From an uncultured Piscirickettsiaceae bacterium (lineage in GTDB: Bacteria > Pseudomonadota > Gammaproteobacteria > GCF-002020875), in assembly GCA_964344135.1 (NCBI GenBank), contig CAYFMF010000001.1, positions 14,236-72,286 on the forward strand: DNA of 58,051 nucleotides, given 5' to 3'. Positions 1 to 10,986 of the stretch are shown in pieces (within the stretch, counting starts at the first letter, position 1; the number at the start of each line of letters is the position of its first letter). Both the position numbers and the translations under genes were made by a program. The notes under the pieces were generated by a model, which made no database searches, was not told the origin of the DNA, and saw only the letters and a program-made list of their open reading frames with translations.

Positions 1-701
1 TCGGTTTTGAGCCACAGTTCATGAAGGGTACAACCTGTGGGACCTCATCAACAAACAGTGACTGTGATGCCTTCCTGACGGCAGAGGGGAGCTCATTCAA
101 TGTGCTGGAGCTGACGGCAAGCTGGAGCAAGGACAGTCGCAACCGTGCCATCTTCCCGGATCAGGGGAGTTACCAGCGTTTTCAGGCAGAGATGGGGATA
201 CCGGGGGGTATCGAGTACTACAAGGTGGGATACCGACACGATTTCTTCTATCCCATTGCTGAAGAGTATACGATGTTGCTGAAGGGAGATATCGGTGTGG
301 GCGATGGTTACGGGGACCAGAACTCACTGCCATTCTTTAACCGTTACTATACCGGTGGTGAGGGCTCTGTCCGCGGTTTCAAGGGGAACTCGATTGGTCC
401 TGTTGATTCCTCTGGGGATGCGGTAGGTGGGGATCTCAAGGGGGTTTTCAATGCCGAGCTGATCCTCCCGGTCCCCTATCTTGAGGAGCTGAAATCGACA
501 AGAGTCAGTGGTTTTGTAGATGTGGGGACGGTGGCCAAAAAGGCGAGTGATCTCGGTAGTGAGCTTAGAGCCTCCGTCGGGGTGACGGCAAAATGGCTCT
601 CACCAGTTGGGCCATTGAGCTTCAGCTGGGCGACACCACTGAAGGAGGAGTCTGGTGATGACCTGGAGTCTTTCCAGTTCATGATGGGCAAAATGTTCTA
701 G
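1..701 (+). CDS. bamA: Outer membrane protein assembly factor BamA, C-terminal barrel fragment (5' end lies outside the window)
   Basis: The frame of ORF 21..701 stays open to base 1. The C-terminus ...LSFSWATPL...FQFMMGKMF is a typical Omp85/BamA barrel end. The conserved skp-lpxD-fabZ-lpxA block follows. Confidence 0.85.
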   Translation, partial: GFEPQFMKGTTCGTSSTNSDCDAFLTAEGSSFNVLELTASWSKDSRNRAIFPDQGSYQRFQAEMGIPGGIEYYKVGYRHDFFYPIAEEYTMLLKGDIGVGDGYGDQNSLPFFNRYYTGGEGSVRGFKGNSIGPVDSSGDAVGGDLKGVFNAELILPVPYLEELKSTRVSGFVDVGTVAKKASDLGSELRASVGVTAKWLSPVGPLSFSWATPLKEESGDDLESFQFMMGKMF

Positions 702-722
702 TGTAGGGAGCAGGGGATAGAG

Positions 723-1259
723 ATGAGAAGAGCAACTATAGCGCTGTGGGGGCTGCTTTTTGCAGCCACCGGGGTTCATGCCGAGGGGAGCAAGATTGGG
801 TTTGTGAACATCAATCTGCTACTGCAGAAGGTGCCTCAGGCTGAGGCCGCAACCCGGCGTCTGGAGGCAGCTTTTGGGGAGAGGAAGGCGGAGATTCTCG
901 ATTTTCAGAAGGGGTGCAAGAAGATGGAGGAGGAGCTGGAGCGTGAGGCCTCAGCCCTGAGCAAACAGCAGCAGCAGAAAAAACTCCGCAAGATTCGCTC
1001 CTGTAGCAGTGAGCTGAAACTGATGGATGAGGAGTATGGAGAGGATCTCCGGATTGCTCAGGCCGAGGAGCTTCAGAAGCTGCAGCGGCTGGTCTACCGG
1101 ACGATTGATCAGATTGCGAGGGAGGAGCAGTTTGATCTGATTGTGAATGAGTCTGTGATCTTTGCCTCCCCTGCTGCAGACATCTCTCTCAAGGTGCTGA
1201 ATGCCCTGAAGGCACTTCCTCAACAGAGTGACAATAATAGCGCTGCAGAGACTCCCTGA
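723..1259 (+). CDS. skp: Periplasmic chaperone Skp (OmpH)
   Basis: 178 aa with signal peptide MRRATIALWGLLFAATGVHA and a K/E/Q-rich coiled-coil body. It sits between bamA and lpxD. Confidence 0.85.
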   Translation: MRRATIALWGLLFAATGVHAEGSKIGFVNINLLLQKVPQAEAATRRLEAAFGERKAEILDFQKGCKKMEEELEREASALSKQQQQKKLRKIRSCSSELKLMDEEYGEDLRIAQAEELQKLQRLVYRTIDQIAREEQFDLIVNESVIFASPAADISLKVLNALKALPQQSDNNSAAETP

Positions 1260-1263
1260 TTGA

Positions 1264-2331
1264 ATGTTACGCTCAATGGGGATCCAACTGGGGAAACTGG
1301 CAGAGTCAATCGGGGCAGAACTTCTGGGAGATCCAGAGTGCCAGATTGAGGGGTTGGCACCACTACACAGTGCAGCAAGAGGGGCGCTTTCATTCCTCTC
1401 CTCGGGAAAATTCAGCCCCCAACTCTCCTCAACGGGTGCCAGTGCGGTCATCATGCATCCGGATCAGCAGGATCGATTCAGTGGGAACCGGCTGCTGATG
1501 GAGGATCCCTATCTGGGATATGCAAAGGCGACCTCAATTCTCTATCCATTCGCTTGTAATCAAAGTGGGGTTGACTCAACAGCGGTGGTTGATGAGTCTG
1601 CCACTGTGGCGGATGGTGGATGGGTAGGGCCTCAGTGTGTGGTGATGGCGGATGCAGAGGTTGGTGAGTCCGTCTATATCGGCCCTGGGTCAGTGATTGG
1701 AGAGGGGTGCAGCGTTGGGAGGGGGAGTCGCCTGATGGCCAATGTGACATTGATGGCGGGAACCGTGGTGGGGGAGGAGTGTATTATCCATCCTGGTGCG
1801 GTACTGGGGAGTGACGGTTTTGGTTTTGCCAATGAGAAGGGGCACTGGGTCAAGATTCCGCAACTGGGCCGGGTGGTTGTTGGTGACCGTGTTGAGATTG
1901 GTGCAAACAGCACCATTGATCGAGGTGCTCTGGAGGATACGGTTATTGGAGATGGGGTAAAGATCGATAACCTGGTTCACATTGCACATAATGTCCGGAT
2001 TGGAGAGGATAGTGCGATGGCAGCAATGGTTGGGATTGCGGGCAGTACTGTGGTTGGTGCAGGCTGCACATTTGGTGGTCAGGCTGGAATTGTCGGCCAT
2101 CTGGAGATTGTGGCCGGCACACACTGTACTGCACGGACACTGATTACCCGCTCCATTGACAAGCCGGGACTCTACTCCTCGGCAACACCAGCAGACCCCA
2201 ACCGGAAGTGGCGCAGAAATATTGTGCAGTTCAGAAAGCTGAATGAGTCGATGCAGCGATTGCGAGCTCTGGAGAAGAGGGTGGGTGAGTTTGGTGAACG
2301 GCTCACTGCTCAAGAGAATAGTCAGGAATAG
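1264..2331 (+). CDS. lpxD: UDP-3-O-acylglucosamine N-acyltransferase
   Basis: 355 aa with hexapeptide-repeat beta-helix ([41 protein letters not shown]) and matching synteny. The start could instead be ATG 1276. Confidence 0.92.
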   Translation: MLRSMGIQLGKLAESIGAELLGDPECQIEGLAPLHSAARGALSFLSSGKFSPQLSSTGASAVIMHPDQQDRFSGNRLLMEDPYLGYAKATSILYPFACNQSGVDSTAVVDESATVADGGWVGPQCVVMADAEVGESVYIGPGSVIGEGCSVGRGSRLMANVTLMAGTVVGEECIIHPGAVLGSDGFGFANEKGHWVKIPQLGRVVVGDRVEIGANSTIDRGALEDTVIGDGVKIDNLVHIAHNVRIGEDSAMAAMVGIAGSTVVGAGCTFGGQAGIVGHLEIVAGTHCTARTLITRSIDKPGLYSSATPADPNRKWRRNIVQFRKLNESMQRLRALEKRVGEFGERLTAQENSQE

Positions 2332-2347
2332 TGAAGGAGAGAGGATA

Positions 2348-2797
2348 ATGACCCAAATGGATATCAATGAGGTGATGAGACACCTTCCACACCGTTACCC
2401 CTTTCTGCTGGTAGATCGAGTGCTCGATTTTGAGTCGGGGAAGAGTCTGCGTGCGATGAAGAATGTGACCATCAATGAGCCCTTCTTTCAGGGCCATTTC
2501 CCACATGTTCCAGTAATGCCGGGGGTCCTGATCATGGAGGCCCTGGCGCAGGCAACCGGGATTCTCTCCTTCAAGACCACCGGGGATCTCCCTACCGACA
2601 ACTCCCTCTACTACTTTGTCGGTATCGACAAGGCACGTTTCCGCAAGCCGGTTGAGCCGGGCGACCAGCTGATCCTGGAGGTGGAACTGGAACGTCGAAT
2701 CCGGGATGTCTGGAAGTTCAAGGGGGTGGCCAGTGTCAATGGCGAGGTCGTTGCCAGTGCCAACCTGATGTGTGCCGAAAAAGAGCTTGATGCGTGA
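2348..2797 (+). CDS. fabZ: 3-hydroxyacyl-ACP dehydratase FabZ
   Basis: ORF 2243..2797 trimmed to ATG 2348, which is preceded by GAAGGAGAG. Motifs: [13 protein letters not shown] and [12 protein letters not shown]. Confidence 0.95.
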   Translation: MTQMDINEVMRHLPHRYPFLLVDRVLDFESGKSLRAMKNVTINEPFFQGHFPHVPVMPGVLIMEALAQATGILSFKTTGDLPTDNSLYYFVGIDKARFRKPVEPGDQLILEVELERRIRDVWKFKGVASVNGEVVASANLMCAEKELDA

Positions 2798-3582
2798 TTC
2801 ACCCTACAGCAATTATTGATGAATCGGCGAATATTGCTGACGATGTAGAGATTGGTCCCTATTCGATCATCGGTGCTGATGTCACTATCGGTGCCGGGAC
2901 TCGGGTGGAGTCACATGTGGTGATCAAGGGGCCCACAGCCATCGGTGAGAGGAACCACTTCTTTCAGTTTGCCTCGATCGGTGAGGCACCCCAGGATCTG
3001 AAGTACAAGGGGGAACCCACCCGGCTGGAGATTGGTGATGACAACACCTTCCGGGAGTCCTGTACGGTAAATCGTGGAACGGTCGGTGGCGGAGGGGTCA
3101 CCCGGGTTGGCAACCACAACCTGATTATGGCCTATGTACATATCGCCCATGACTGTATCATCCATAACCACGTTGTTTTGGTGAACAACGCCTCACTGGC
3201 AGGTCACGTCACGATCCATGACCATGCAATTCTTGGCGGCTTTACCCTGGTGAGCCAGTTCCTGACGATTGGACCCTATGTCTTCTCCACCATGGGGAGT
3301 GCAATCAACAAGAACATCCCCCCCTATCTGCTGATCTCTGGAAACCTTGCCCGCCCTGTCAATCTCAATATGGTGGGCCTCCGGCGCAATGGGTTTGGAA
3401 GGGAGTCGCTGCAGGCGATGAAGAGGGTCTACAAGCTGCTCTTCCGTGGGCACCAGCCACTGGATGAGGTGGTTGAAAAAATTACTGTAATGGCAGAGGA
3501 GCACCAGGAGCTGAGCCCCTTGCTGGACTTTGTGCAGCAGCATCGGGATAGCAAAGCGGGCATTATTCGAGGTGGTGGATAA
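2794..3582 (+). CDS. lpxA: Acyl-ACP--UDP-N-acetylglucosamine O-acyltransferase
   Basis: 262 aa with a GTG start overlapping the fabZ stop. Hexapeptide repeats ([26 protein letters not shown]) and matching synteny. Confidence 0.94.
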   Translation: MIHPTAIIDESANIADDVEIGPYSIIGADVTIGAGTRVESHVVIKGPTAIGERNHFFQFASIGEAPQDLKYKGEPTRLEIGDDNTFRESCTVNRGTVGGGGVTRVGNHNLIMAYVHIAHDCIIHNHVVLVNNASLAGHVTIHDHAILGGFTLVSQFLTIGPYVFSTMGSAINKNIPPYLLISGNLARPVNLNMVGLRRNGFGRESLQAMKRVYKLLFRGHQPLDEVVEKITVMAEEHQELSPLLDFVQQHRDSKAGIIRGGG

Positions 3583-3586
3583 AAGC

Positions 3587-4564
3587 ATGAAGAAGATCAG
3601 AGCAGCAGTTATTGGAACCGGTTACCTTGGCCGTTTCCACGCACAGAAATATGCCACGCTGGAGAGCAGTGATCTCGTTGCGATTGCGGAGATCAACCGG
3701 GAGCAGGGGGAGCGGGTCGCTGATGAGCTCAATACCCGCTGGGTGGAGGACTACACAACGCTGGTGGGTGAGGTGGATGCAGTCAGCATTGTGGTTCCAA
3801 CCCAGTTGCACCATGAGGTGGCCGGTTTCTTTCTCGACCATGGCATTCATGTGTTGTTGGAGAAACCGATAACCGTTACCGTAGAGCAGGCGGAGGAGTT
3901 GATTGAGAGGGGAGAGAAAAGCGGGGCACTGCTGCAGGTGGGGCATCTGGAGCGTTTCAACCCTGCGGTACAGGCACTCTCTTCAGTGCTGGAGGAGCCG
4001 CTCTTTATCGAGTCACATCGCCTGGCACCATTCAACCCCAGGGGTGCGGATGTGAGTGTGATCCTGGATCTGATGATCCACGATATCGATATCATACAGG
4101 AGCTGGTGAACTCCCCCATTCGCAGGATTTCCCCGATCGGGGTCCCGGTATTGACGGATGAGACCGATATCTCCAATGCCCGGGTCGAGTTCGAGAATGG
4201 CTGTGTTGCCAATGTAACTGCCAGTCGGGTGAGCACCAAGAGCGAGCGCAAGATGAGGGTCTTCCAGCAGAATGCCTACATTGTGGTGGATTTTCAGGAG
4301 AGGACTCTGGCGGTCTACCATAAGGGGGATTACAGTGAACAGATTGGTGATCTCAGTGCTGTCCAGGCCGATCTCTCAACCTTTGAGAGTGGTGATGCGC
4401 TGATGGAGGAGATCAAGGCATTTCTCCACTCGATCCAGAGTGGAGAGCGTCCGCTGGTGCGTGGTGAGGAGGGGAAACGGGCGCTGGAGACGGCACTGAG
4501 AATCAACGAGGAGATTATCAATCGACCACTCTCAGTGGGCAGAGAGCATAAAGGAGATTCGTGA
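3587..4564 (+). CDS. gnnA: Gfo/Idh/MocA-family NAD-dependent oxidoreductase, GnnA-like (candidate UDP-GlcNAc 3-dehydrogenase)
   Basis: ORF trimmed to ATG 3587, 5 nt after the lpxA stop. It has the Rossmann N-terminus AAVIGTGYLGRFHAQ and the EKP motif (LLEKPITV). The gene is wedged between lpxA and lpxB. The family call is firm; the specific function is inferred from context. Confidence 0.65.
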   Translation: MKKIRAAVIGTGYLGRFHAQKYATLESSDLVAIAEINREQGERVADELNTRWVEDYTTLVGEVDAVSIVVPTQLHHEVAGFFLDHGIHVLLEKPITVTVEQAEELIERGEKSGALLQVGHLERFNPAVQALSSVLEEPLFIESHRLAPFNPRGADVSVILDLMIHDIDIIQELVNSPIRRISPIGVPVLTDETDISNARVEFENGCVANVTASRVSTKSERKMRVFQQNAYIVVDFQERTLAVYHKGDYSEQIGDLSAVQADLSTFESGDALMEEIKAFLHSIQSGERPLVRGEEGKRALETALRINEEIINRPLSVGREHKGDS

Positions 4565-5667
4565 TGATACCGATGGTAGACCTCAAGGCGCAGTATCAGG
4601 TGCTGAAGCCAACACTGGAGCCGGCGATGCTGGCTGCACTCGAGGCAACCCAGTTTGTATTGGGGCCCAATGTTCAGGCGTTTGAGAGTGAGGCGGCTGG
4701 TTATCTCGGCGTGGAGCATGCGGTAGGTGTTGCCAGTGGTACCGATGCCCTACACCTGGCACTGGTTGCAGCAGGAGTGGGAGAGGGGGATGAGGTGATT
4801 ACCACCCCGTTTACCTTTATTGCCACTGCCGAGGCGATTGACTATGTTGGGGCCACCCCCGTATTTGTCGATATTGATCCCCAAACCTTCAACATTGATC
4901 TCAATGCTGTTGAGGCGGCAATCACCCCCAGGACCAGAGCCGTGATACCGGTTCACCTGTTTGGCCAGCCAGTCGATATGCCAGCGTTGATGACATTATG
5001 TGATCAGCACAATATCCGTGTGGTAGAGGATTGTGCACAATCTTTCGGGGCAACCATTGAGACAGCCAGTGGGCCGGTGCAGACGGGTGCCTTTGGGGAT
5101 ACGGGGTGTTTCAGCTTCTTCCCCAGCAAGAATCTGGGATGCTATGGTGATGGCGGCCTTGTGACCACCAACTCCGCAGAGATTGCAGAGCAACTGAGGA
5201 GTCTGAGAAATCATGGCAGCAAGGTGCGCTACTACCACTCCGAGATTGGCTTCAACAGCCGCCTTGATGAACTGCAGGCGGTCGTCTTGAGGGCAAAGCT
5301 GCCGTTGATTGATGAGTACAACCAGCATCGCAGACGGGTTGCCAGGGCCTATGCCGCAGGTCTGGAGGGACTCCCCGTCGGGATCCCCCATGAGGATGGG
5401 ATTGGGCACCATGTCTACCACCAGTACACCCTGCTCTCCGAGCAGCGCGAAAAGATCATGGAGGCACTGGCCAGTGCGGAGATCGGACATGCAATCTACT
5501 ATCCGGTTCCTCTGCACCAGCAGGAGGTCTTTTCCGAGAGCTGCAAGGGGCTCTCTCTGCCAGTGACCGAGCAGGTAGCCTCCCAGTGCCTCTCTCTGCC
5601 TATCTATCCAGAGCTGGAAGATGAGAGGGTGGCGGAGATCACAGATGTAATCCGTAGTGTGTTCTGA
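4561..5667 (+). CDS. gnnB: DegT/DnrJ/EryC1-type PLP aminotransferase, GnnB-like (candidate UDP-3-keto-GlcNAc aminotransferase)
   Basis: 368 aa with VASGTDALHLAL and FFPSKNLGCYGDGG (Schiff-base Lys) motifs. The start (GTG 4561 or ATG 4564) overlaps the stop of the upstream gene. Confidence 0.65.
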   Translation: MMIPMVDLKAQYQVLKPTLEPAMLAALEATQFVLGPNVQAFESEAAGYLGVEHAVGVASGTDALHLALVAAGVGEGDEVITTPFTFIATAEAIDYVGATPVFVDIDPQTFNIDLNAVEAAITPRTRAVIPVHLFGQPVDMPALMTLCDQHNIRVVEDCAQSFGATIETASGPVQTGAFGDTGCFSFFPSKNLGCYGDGGLVTTNSAEIAEQLRSLRNHGSKVRYYHSEIGFNSRLDELQAVVLRAKLPLIDEYNQHRRRVARAYAAGLEGLPVGIPHEDGIGHHVYHQYTLLSEQREKIMEALASAEIGHAIYYPVPLHQQEVFSESCKGLSLPVTEQVASQCLSLPIYPELEDERVAEITDVIRSVF

Positions 5668-6844
5668 TCATCGTGTCACCAGCTTGCAGCCTCATCGGGT
5701 GATGGTGGTTGCCGGGGAGCCATCAGGAGACCTGCATCTCTCAAGCCTGATCAGGGAGATGGGGCAACGAACTCAAGCCACACGGTTTTATGGGATCGCG
5801 GGTCCAAGATCCGAGGCGGCCGGCTGTGAGGTGATGGTGCCGATGGAGAAGATGGCGGTCATGGGGATTGTTGAGGTGCTTCGCCACTTCCCGTTTCTCT
5901 ATGGTGTGCTCGGAAGAGTGCGCAGAGAGTTGCGCGACAGACCACCGGATCTTCTGCTACTGGTCGACTATCCGGGGTTTAATCTCCTGCTGGCAAAAAC
6001 TGCCAGGCGGCTGGGCATACCGGTTCTCTTCTATATCAGCCCACAGGTCTGGGCATGGAGAAGCGGGAGAATTCGCAAGATTGCACAGCGTGTGGACCAC
6101 ATGGCAGTGATCTTTCCATTTGAGGTTCCCTACTATGCCGATGCCGGGGTTTCGGTTCGTTATGTGGGCCACCCGCTGGTGGGAAAGGTGCTCTCGGACC
6201 TTACCCACGAAGAGGCAAGAGAGCGGCTTGGAATCGACCCCGGGAGGAAAACGGTTGGCCTCTTTCCCGGGAGCCGCTCCAGTGAGGTTTCACAGGTGCT
6301 GGATGAGCTACTGTTAACTGCACAACAGATGTCACAACAGAATCCGGGGTTGCAGTTTCTCCTCTCTCGTGCGCCGGAGCTCTCGAGCGAGCTCTTTTTC
6401 CGGGCTGAGGAGATGGCCGACACCCTGCCACTTACGGTCGTGACTGGAGAACCCCATACAGCAATACTGGCTTGTGATGCTGTCGTATCGGTTTCGGGTA
6501 CTGTGACACTGGAGATGGCACTGTTGAACAGGCCAATGGTGGTGATCTACAGAACCTCACCATTGAGTTACTGGATTCTGGAAAAGCTGGTCAGGATTCC
6601 CTATATATCACTGGTCAATATTGTTGCCGGAGAGCGTGTTGTCCCGGAGCTGCTGCAGGATGATCTCTCTGCAGAGAGAATTGCATCCCATCTTGGTGGA
6701 GTGTTGGAGGATGGTGAGGTGAGGAGGCGGATGCTCTCCGGGCTGCATGCAGTTAGAGAGAGACTGGGGAGCGGGAATGCCGCCTCAAACCTTGCGGACT
6801 GGGTTGAGGAGCTGTTCGATGCCAATCGACAGGGCGTGTCATGA
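5657..6844 (+). CDS. lpxB: Lipid-A-disaccharide synthase
   Basis: 395 aa with a [12 protein letters not shown]-terminus and matching synteny. The start is uncertain (GTG 5657 overlapping gnnB, or ATG 5702). Confidence 0.9.
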   Translation: MCSDHRVTSLQPHRVMVVAGEPSGDLHLSSLIREMGQRTQATRFYGIAGPRSEAAGCEVMVPMEKMAVMGIVEVLRHFPFLYGVLGRVRRELRDRPPDLLLLVDYPGFNLLLAKTARRLGIPVLFYISPQVWAWRSGRIRKIAQRVDHMAVIFPFEVPYYADAGVSVRYVGHPLVGKVLSDLTHEEARERLGIDPGRKTVGLFPGSRSSEVSQVLDELLLTAQQMSQQNPGLQFLLSRAPELSSELFFRAEEMADTLPLTVVTGEPHTAILACDAVVSVSGTVTLEMALLNRPMVVIYRTSPLSYWILEKLVRIPYISLVNIVAGERVVPELLQDDLSAERIASHLGGVLEDGEVRRRMLSGLHAVRERLGSGNAASNLADWVEELFDANRQGVS

Positions 6845-7413
6845 GTGAGCAGATTGCGGGTATTGATGAGGTGGGTCGGGGGCCACTGATTGGCTCTGTG
6901 GTTGCAGCGGCAGTGGTCCTGCCTGAGGATCACGGTATTGTTGGCCTTGCCGATTCCAAGAGGCTGAGCCCAAAACGGAGGGAGAGACTGGCGCTGGAGA
7001 TTAGAGAGTGTGCAACAGGGTGGGCCGTCGCCGAGGCCACACACCGGGAGATCGACGAGATCAACATACTGCAGGCCTCACTGCTGGCCATGCGGCGTGC
7101 TCTGGAGCAGCTTTCATGCAGGGTCTCCAGGGCGCTGATTGATGGAAACCGCATACCGGATGCCCTTGGGGTTCCGGCAGAGGCGGTTGTGAAGGGAGAC
7201 AGCAAGGTTGAATCCATCAGTGCCGCATCCATCCTTGCCAAGGTAGAACGGGACCGGATGATGCTGGATCTGCACCAGCAGCACCCCGAGTATGGATTTG
7301 ATCGTCACAAGGGGTACCCCACCCGGGAGCACCTGCAGGCGCTGCAGCAGCATGGGGTGCTGGAGCAGCATCGCCGTTCATTTCGCCCGGTTCGGACAAT
7401 CGTGGAAAAGTAG
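6841..7413 (+). CDS. rnhB: Ribonuclease HII
   Basis: 190 aa with a [20 protein letters not shown]-terminus. It overlaps lpxB by 4 nt. Confidence 0.93.
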   Translation: MSEQIAGIDEVGRGPLIGSVVAAAVVLPEDHGIVGLADSKRLSPKRRERLALEIRECATGWAVAEATHREIDEINILQASLLAMRRALEQLSCRVSRALIDGNRIPDALGVPAEAVVKGDSKVESISAASILAKVERDRMMLDLHQQHPEYGFDRHKGYPTREHLQALQQHGVLEQHRRSFRPVRTIVEK

Positions 7414-10400
7414 ATGTCCTTCGTTCACCTGAGAGTCCATACCGAATACTCGATGGAGAATGGAGTGGTTCGTATTGCTCCACTGATGGATGCAGTGAAA
7501 ACGGCAGGGATGCATGCGGTCGCCATTACCGACCTGGGGAACCTGTTTGCAACGGTGAAGTTTTTCAGGGCAGCAACAGCTGCAGCCATCAAGCCGATTA
7601 TTGGTGCCGAGATTCGCCTGCGCTCCCTGTCGGAGAGTGGTGCAGAGTCCCGACTGGTTCTGCTTGCCCAGAATGAGCAGGGGTTCCGGAATCTGAAGCA
7701 GCTGATCTCCAGAGCCTATCTTGATGGGCAGCACCGTGGTGTGCCCCAGCTAGAGCGTGCGTGGTTCCATGGAGCCACGGATGGGCTGATTGCCCTCTCG
7801 GGAGGGCGTAGCGGAGATGTTGGACAGGCGCTGCTGGCCAATGAAGAGGAGGAGGCAGTCGAGCGGCTGCAGGAGTGGATGACGCTCTTTCCGGATCGCT
7901 ACTATCTGGAGTTGCAGCGTACGGCACGCAGTGGTGACGAGAACTGGAACCATGCAGCTGTTGCCCTGGCCGAACAGTTTGGAGTTCCGGTTGTGGCGAC
8001 CAATGATGTCCATTTTCTGCAGCATCAGGAATTTGACGCCCATGAGGCGCGGGTCTGCATCCATGATGGCAGGGTTCTGGATGATCCCCGTCGTCCGAAG
8101 CATTTCTCTCCCCAGCAGTACCTGCGCACTGCTGAGGAGATGGAGATCCTCTTTAAGGATCTTCCAGAGGCGATTGAGAACAGTGTGGAGATCGCTCGCC
8201 GCTGCAATGTTCAGTTGTCTCTGGGCAAGAACTACCTGCCCGATTTCCCCATTCCGGAGGGGCTGACCATCGGTCAGTTTCTGCAGCAGGAGTCTGAGCA
8301 GGGGCTGGAGTGGCGCCTGCAACAGCAGTTTCTCAAGCCGGAGCTCATTGCGGCTAGACGTGCCCCCTATGATGAGCGGTTGAGGATCGAGCTGGAGGTG
8401 ATCAATGGAATGGGTTTTCCGGGATACTTCCTGATCGTTGCCGACTTTATCCGCTGGTCCAAGGAGCAGGGAATTCCGGTTGGGCCCGGGCGTGGTTCCG
8501 GAGCGGGGTCGCTGGTGGCCTATGTGCTGAAGATTACCGATCTGGATCCGCTGGAACATGAGTTGCTGTTTGAGCGTTTCCTCAATCCGGAACGTATCTC
8601 CATGCCGGACTTTGATATCGATTTCTGCATGGATCGCCGGGATGAGGTGATCCACTATGTTGCTGAGACCTATGGGGTCGATCGGGTTTCGCAGATCATC
8701 ACCTATGGTCGGATGAATGCAAAGGCCGTGGTGCGCGATGTTGGACGGGTGCTGGGCCACCCCTATGGGATGGTGGATCGTATTGCAAAACTGATCCCCT
8801 TTGACCTCAAGATGACCCTGGAGAAGGCGCTTGATGAGTCCGATGAGTTGAGAGAGCGTTACGACAGCGAGGAGGAGGTCAGAGAACTGATTGATCTGGC
8901 TCGCTCGCTGGAGGGGGTTGCCAGAAATGCCGGAAAACATGCCGGTGGCGTGGTGATCTCTCCCTCTGACCTGAATGACTTCACCCCGGTCTACTGTGAA
9001 GAGAGCGGTTCCGGTCTGGTTACCCAGTTTGACAAGGATGATGTTGAGGCGGTGGGGCTGGTGAAGTTCGACTTCCTTGGCCTGCGTACGCTGACCATCA
9101 TCGACTGGGCCGTTGAGATGATCAATGCCCGGCGTGCAACAGAGGGTGAGGTGGCCCTCGAGATCGACAAGATCAATATGGCCGATGAGAAGGCCTTTGC
9201 CCTGCTGCAGGCCTGTCAGACCACGGCGGTATTCCAGCTGGAGTCCTCTGGGATGAAGGAGCTGATCGGTAAGCTGCAGCCTGATACCTTCGAGGATATT
9301 GTTGCGCTGGTGGCACTCTATCGCCCGGGTCCTCTGGAGTCCGGAATGGTGGAGAACTTCATTGATCGCAAGCATGGTCGTGAGGTGATCTCCTATCCGG
9401 ACCGCAAGTATCAGCACGAGTCCCTTAAGACCATTCTGGAACCAACCTATGGAGTGATCCTCTATCAGGAGCAGGTGATGCAGATTGCCCAGGTTCTGGC
9501 TGGTTATTCACTCGGTGGGGCGGATCTGTTGCGCCGGGCAATGGGCAAGAAGAAACCGGAGGAGATGGCCAAGCAGCGCTCCATCTTTGAGCAGGGTGCG
9601 GTGGACAACGGAATTGACAGCAAGCTGGCGATGAAGATCTTTGATCTTGTAGAGAAGTTTGCAGGCTATGGTTTCAACAAATCCCACTCGGCGGCCTACG
9701 CACTGGTCTCCTATCAGACCGCATGGCTCAAGGCCCACTATCCAGCCCCCTTCATGGCGGCGGTGCTTTCGGCGGATATGGACAATACGGACAAGGTGGT
9801 CACCCTGATCGAGGAGTGCAGGGTGATGGATCTCGAGGTCCACCCGCCCAGCATCAACCAGAGCCAATTCCGCTTTACTGTGGATGATGGCGCCACTGTG
9901 GTCTATGGGCTGGGTGCCATCAAGGGGGTTGGTGAGGCGGCGATTGAGGGTATTATCGAGGAGCGGGGGCAGAGCGGGGTATTTGAGGATCTCTTTGATT
10001 TTTGTCGTCGTGTGGATCTGCGCAAGGCCAACAAGCGGGTATTGGAATCCCTGATTCGTGCCGGTGCACTGGATGAGATCGCACCGACCCTGCCCGGGAT
10101 CCCCTCATCGGATGCACGCTCCACGCTCCTGGAGTCCCTGTCGAATGCAATGAGGAGCGCGGAGCAGCATGTACGTGATCTGGAGCGGGGACAGGGGGAT
10201 CTTTTTGGTGGAGAAGAGAGCGGTGGGGTTGCTGTTGAGTCCAATTACCAGACTGCTGCCCCCTGGTCAGAGGATGAGCGCCTGACCGGAGAGAGGGATA
10301 CCCTGGGGCTCTATCTGACCGGCCATCCGATTGACCAGTATGAGGAGGAGCTGGACCACATCACCACGCAGCGTATCAACAGTCTGGTCTCTGATCGTGA

Positions 10401-10911
10401 CAAGCCGGTAACACTGGCTGGATTGATGATCTCCATGCGGGTGGTCAAGACCCGAACCGGAAAGCCGCTGGCGATACTGACCCTGGATGATCGTACGGGA
10501 AGAATCGAGATGACGCTCTTTGCCGAATCCTACGAGAAGTATCGCCATCTACTGGAGAAGGATGCCATTCTGGTTGTCAGGGGGACAGTGACGGAGGACG
10601 ATTACAGTGGTGGTCTGAGGATGAATGTCGAGGAGTTATGGAGCCTTGACGGGGCAAGGGCCAGCTATATGAAACGGCTGATTATCCGGCTTGATGAGGG
10701 GCAGATGAACGGTAACCCGGTGGATGGGCTGGTGGATTTGCTGAAACCCTTTAGCGAGGGGAATTGCCCTGTTCAGATTCATTACCGTCAGGCCAGGGCA
10801 GTTGCAAGGATGGATCTCGGTGCAGAGTGGAATGTGCAGCCCAGCGAGATACTGTTTCGTCGCCTCAGAGAGCAGCTTGGAAAGGAGAGTGTGCAGCCTG
10901 ATTACGGTTAG
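7414..10911 (+). CDS. dnaE: DNA polymerase III alpha subunit
   Basis: 1165 aa with an N-terminal PHP domain (FVHLRVHTEYS) and full-length polymerase core. Synteny rnhB-dnaE-accA. Confidence 0.97.
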   Translation: MSFVHLRVHTEYSMENGVVRIAPLMDAVKTAGMHAVAITDLGNLFATVKFFRAATAAAIKPIIGAEIRLRSLSESGAESRLVLLAQNEQGFRNLKQLISRAYLDGQHRGVPQLERAWFHGATDGLIALSGGRSGDVGQALLANEEEEAVERLQEWMTLFPDRYYLELQRTARSGDENWNHAAVALAEQFGVPVVATNDVHFLQHQEFDAHEARVCIHDGRVLDDPRRPKHFSPQQYLRTAEEMEILFKDLPEAIENSVEIARRCNVQLSLGKNYLPDFPIPEGLTIGQFLQQESEQGLEWRLQQQFLKPELIAARRAPYDERLRIELEVINGMGFPGYFLIVADFIRWSKEQGIPVGPGRGSGAGSLVAYVLKITDLDPLEHELLFERFLNPERISMPDFDIDFCMDRRDEVIHYVAETYGVDRVSQIITYGRMNAKAVVRDVGRVLGHPYGMVDRIAKLIPFDLKMTLEKALDESDELRERYDSEEEVRELIDLARSLEGVARNAGKHAGGVVISPSDLNDFTPVYCEESGSGLVTQFDKDDVEAVGLVKFDFLGLRTLTIIDWAVEMINARRATEGEVALEIDKINMADEKAFALLQACQTTAVFQLESSGMKELIGKLQPDTFEDIVALVALYRPGPLESGMVENFIDRKHGREVISYPDRKYQHESLKTILEPTYGVILYQEQVMQIAQVLAGYSLGGADLLRRAMGKKKPEEMAKQRSIFEQGAVDNGIDSKLAMKIFDLVEKFAGYGFNKSHSAAYALVSYQTAWLKAHYPAPFMAAVLSADMDNTDKVVTLIEECRVMDLEVHPPSINQSQFRFTVDDGATVVYGLGAIKGVGEAAIEGIIEERGQSGVFEDLFDFCRRVDLRKANKRVLESLIRAGALDEIAPTLPGIPSSDARSTLLESLSNAMRSAEQHVRDLERGQGDLFGGEESGGVAVESNYQTAAPWSEDERLTGERDTLGLYLTGHPIDQYEEELDHITTQRINSLVSDRDKPVTLAGLMISMRVVKTRTGKPLAILTLDDRTGRIEMTLFAESYEKYRHLLEKDAILVVRGTVTEDDYSGGLRMNVEELWSLDGARASYMKRLIIRLDEGQMNGNPVDGLVDLLKPFSEGNCPVQIHYRQARAVARMDLGAEWNVQPSEILFRRLREQLGKESVQPDYG

Positions 10912-10986
10912 GGGATCTCTCTCTTTTACGGTATAGTATCGCCAATACCAAGGACATCTGATCACAGGAAAAATGCTGGCCCGACT

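Noticed and set aside
7750-9417. 555-aa ORF antisense to dnaE. Similar giants lie opposite smc (28294..29787, 497 aa), gyrA (51736..53082, 448 aa), serC, pyrG, mtnA and serA.
   Set aside because: For dnaE, smc and gyrA, which I checked by coordinate arithmetic, the antisense ORFs are in exact codon register with the sense gene. Their stops would therefore correspond to sense TTA, CTA or TCA codons, which this GC-biased genome simply avoids. The translations are low-complexity (Leu/Arg/Pro/Gln-rich) with no recognisable motifs, whereas the sense genes are unmistakable.
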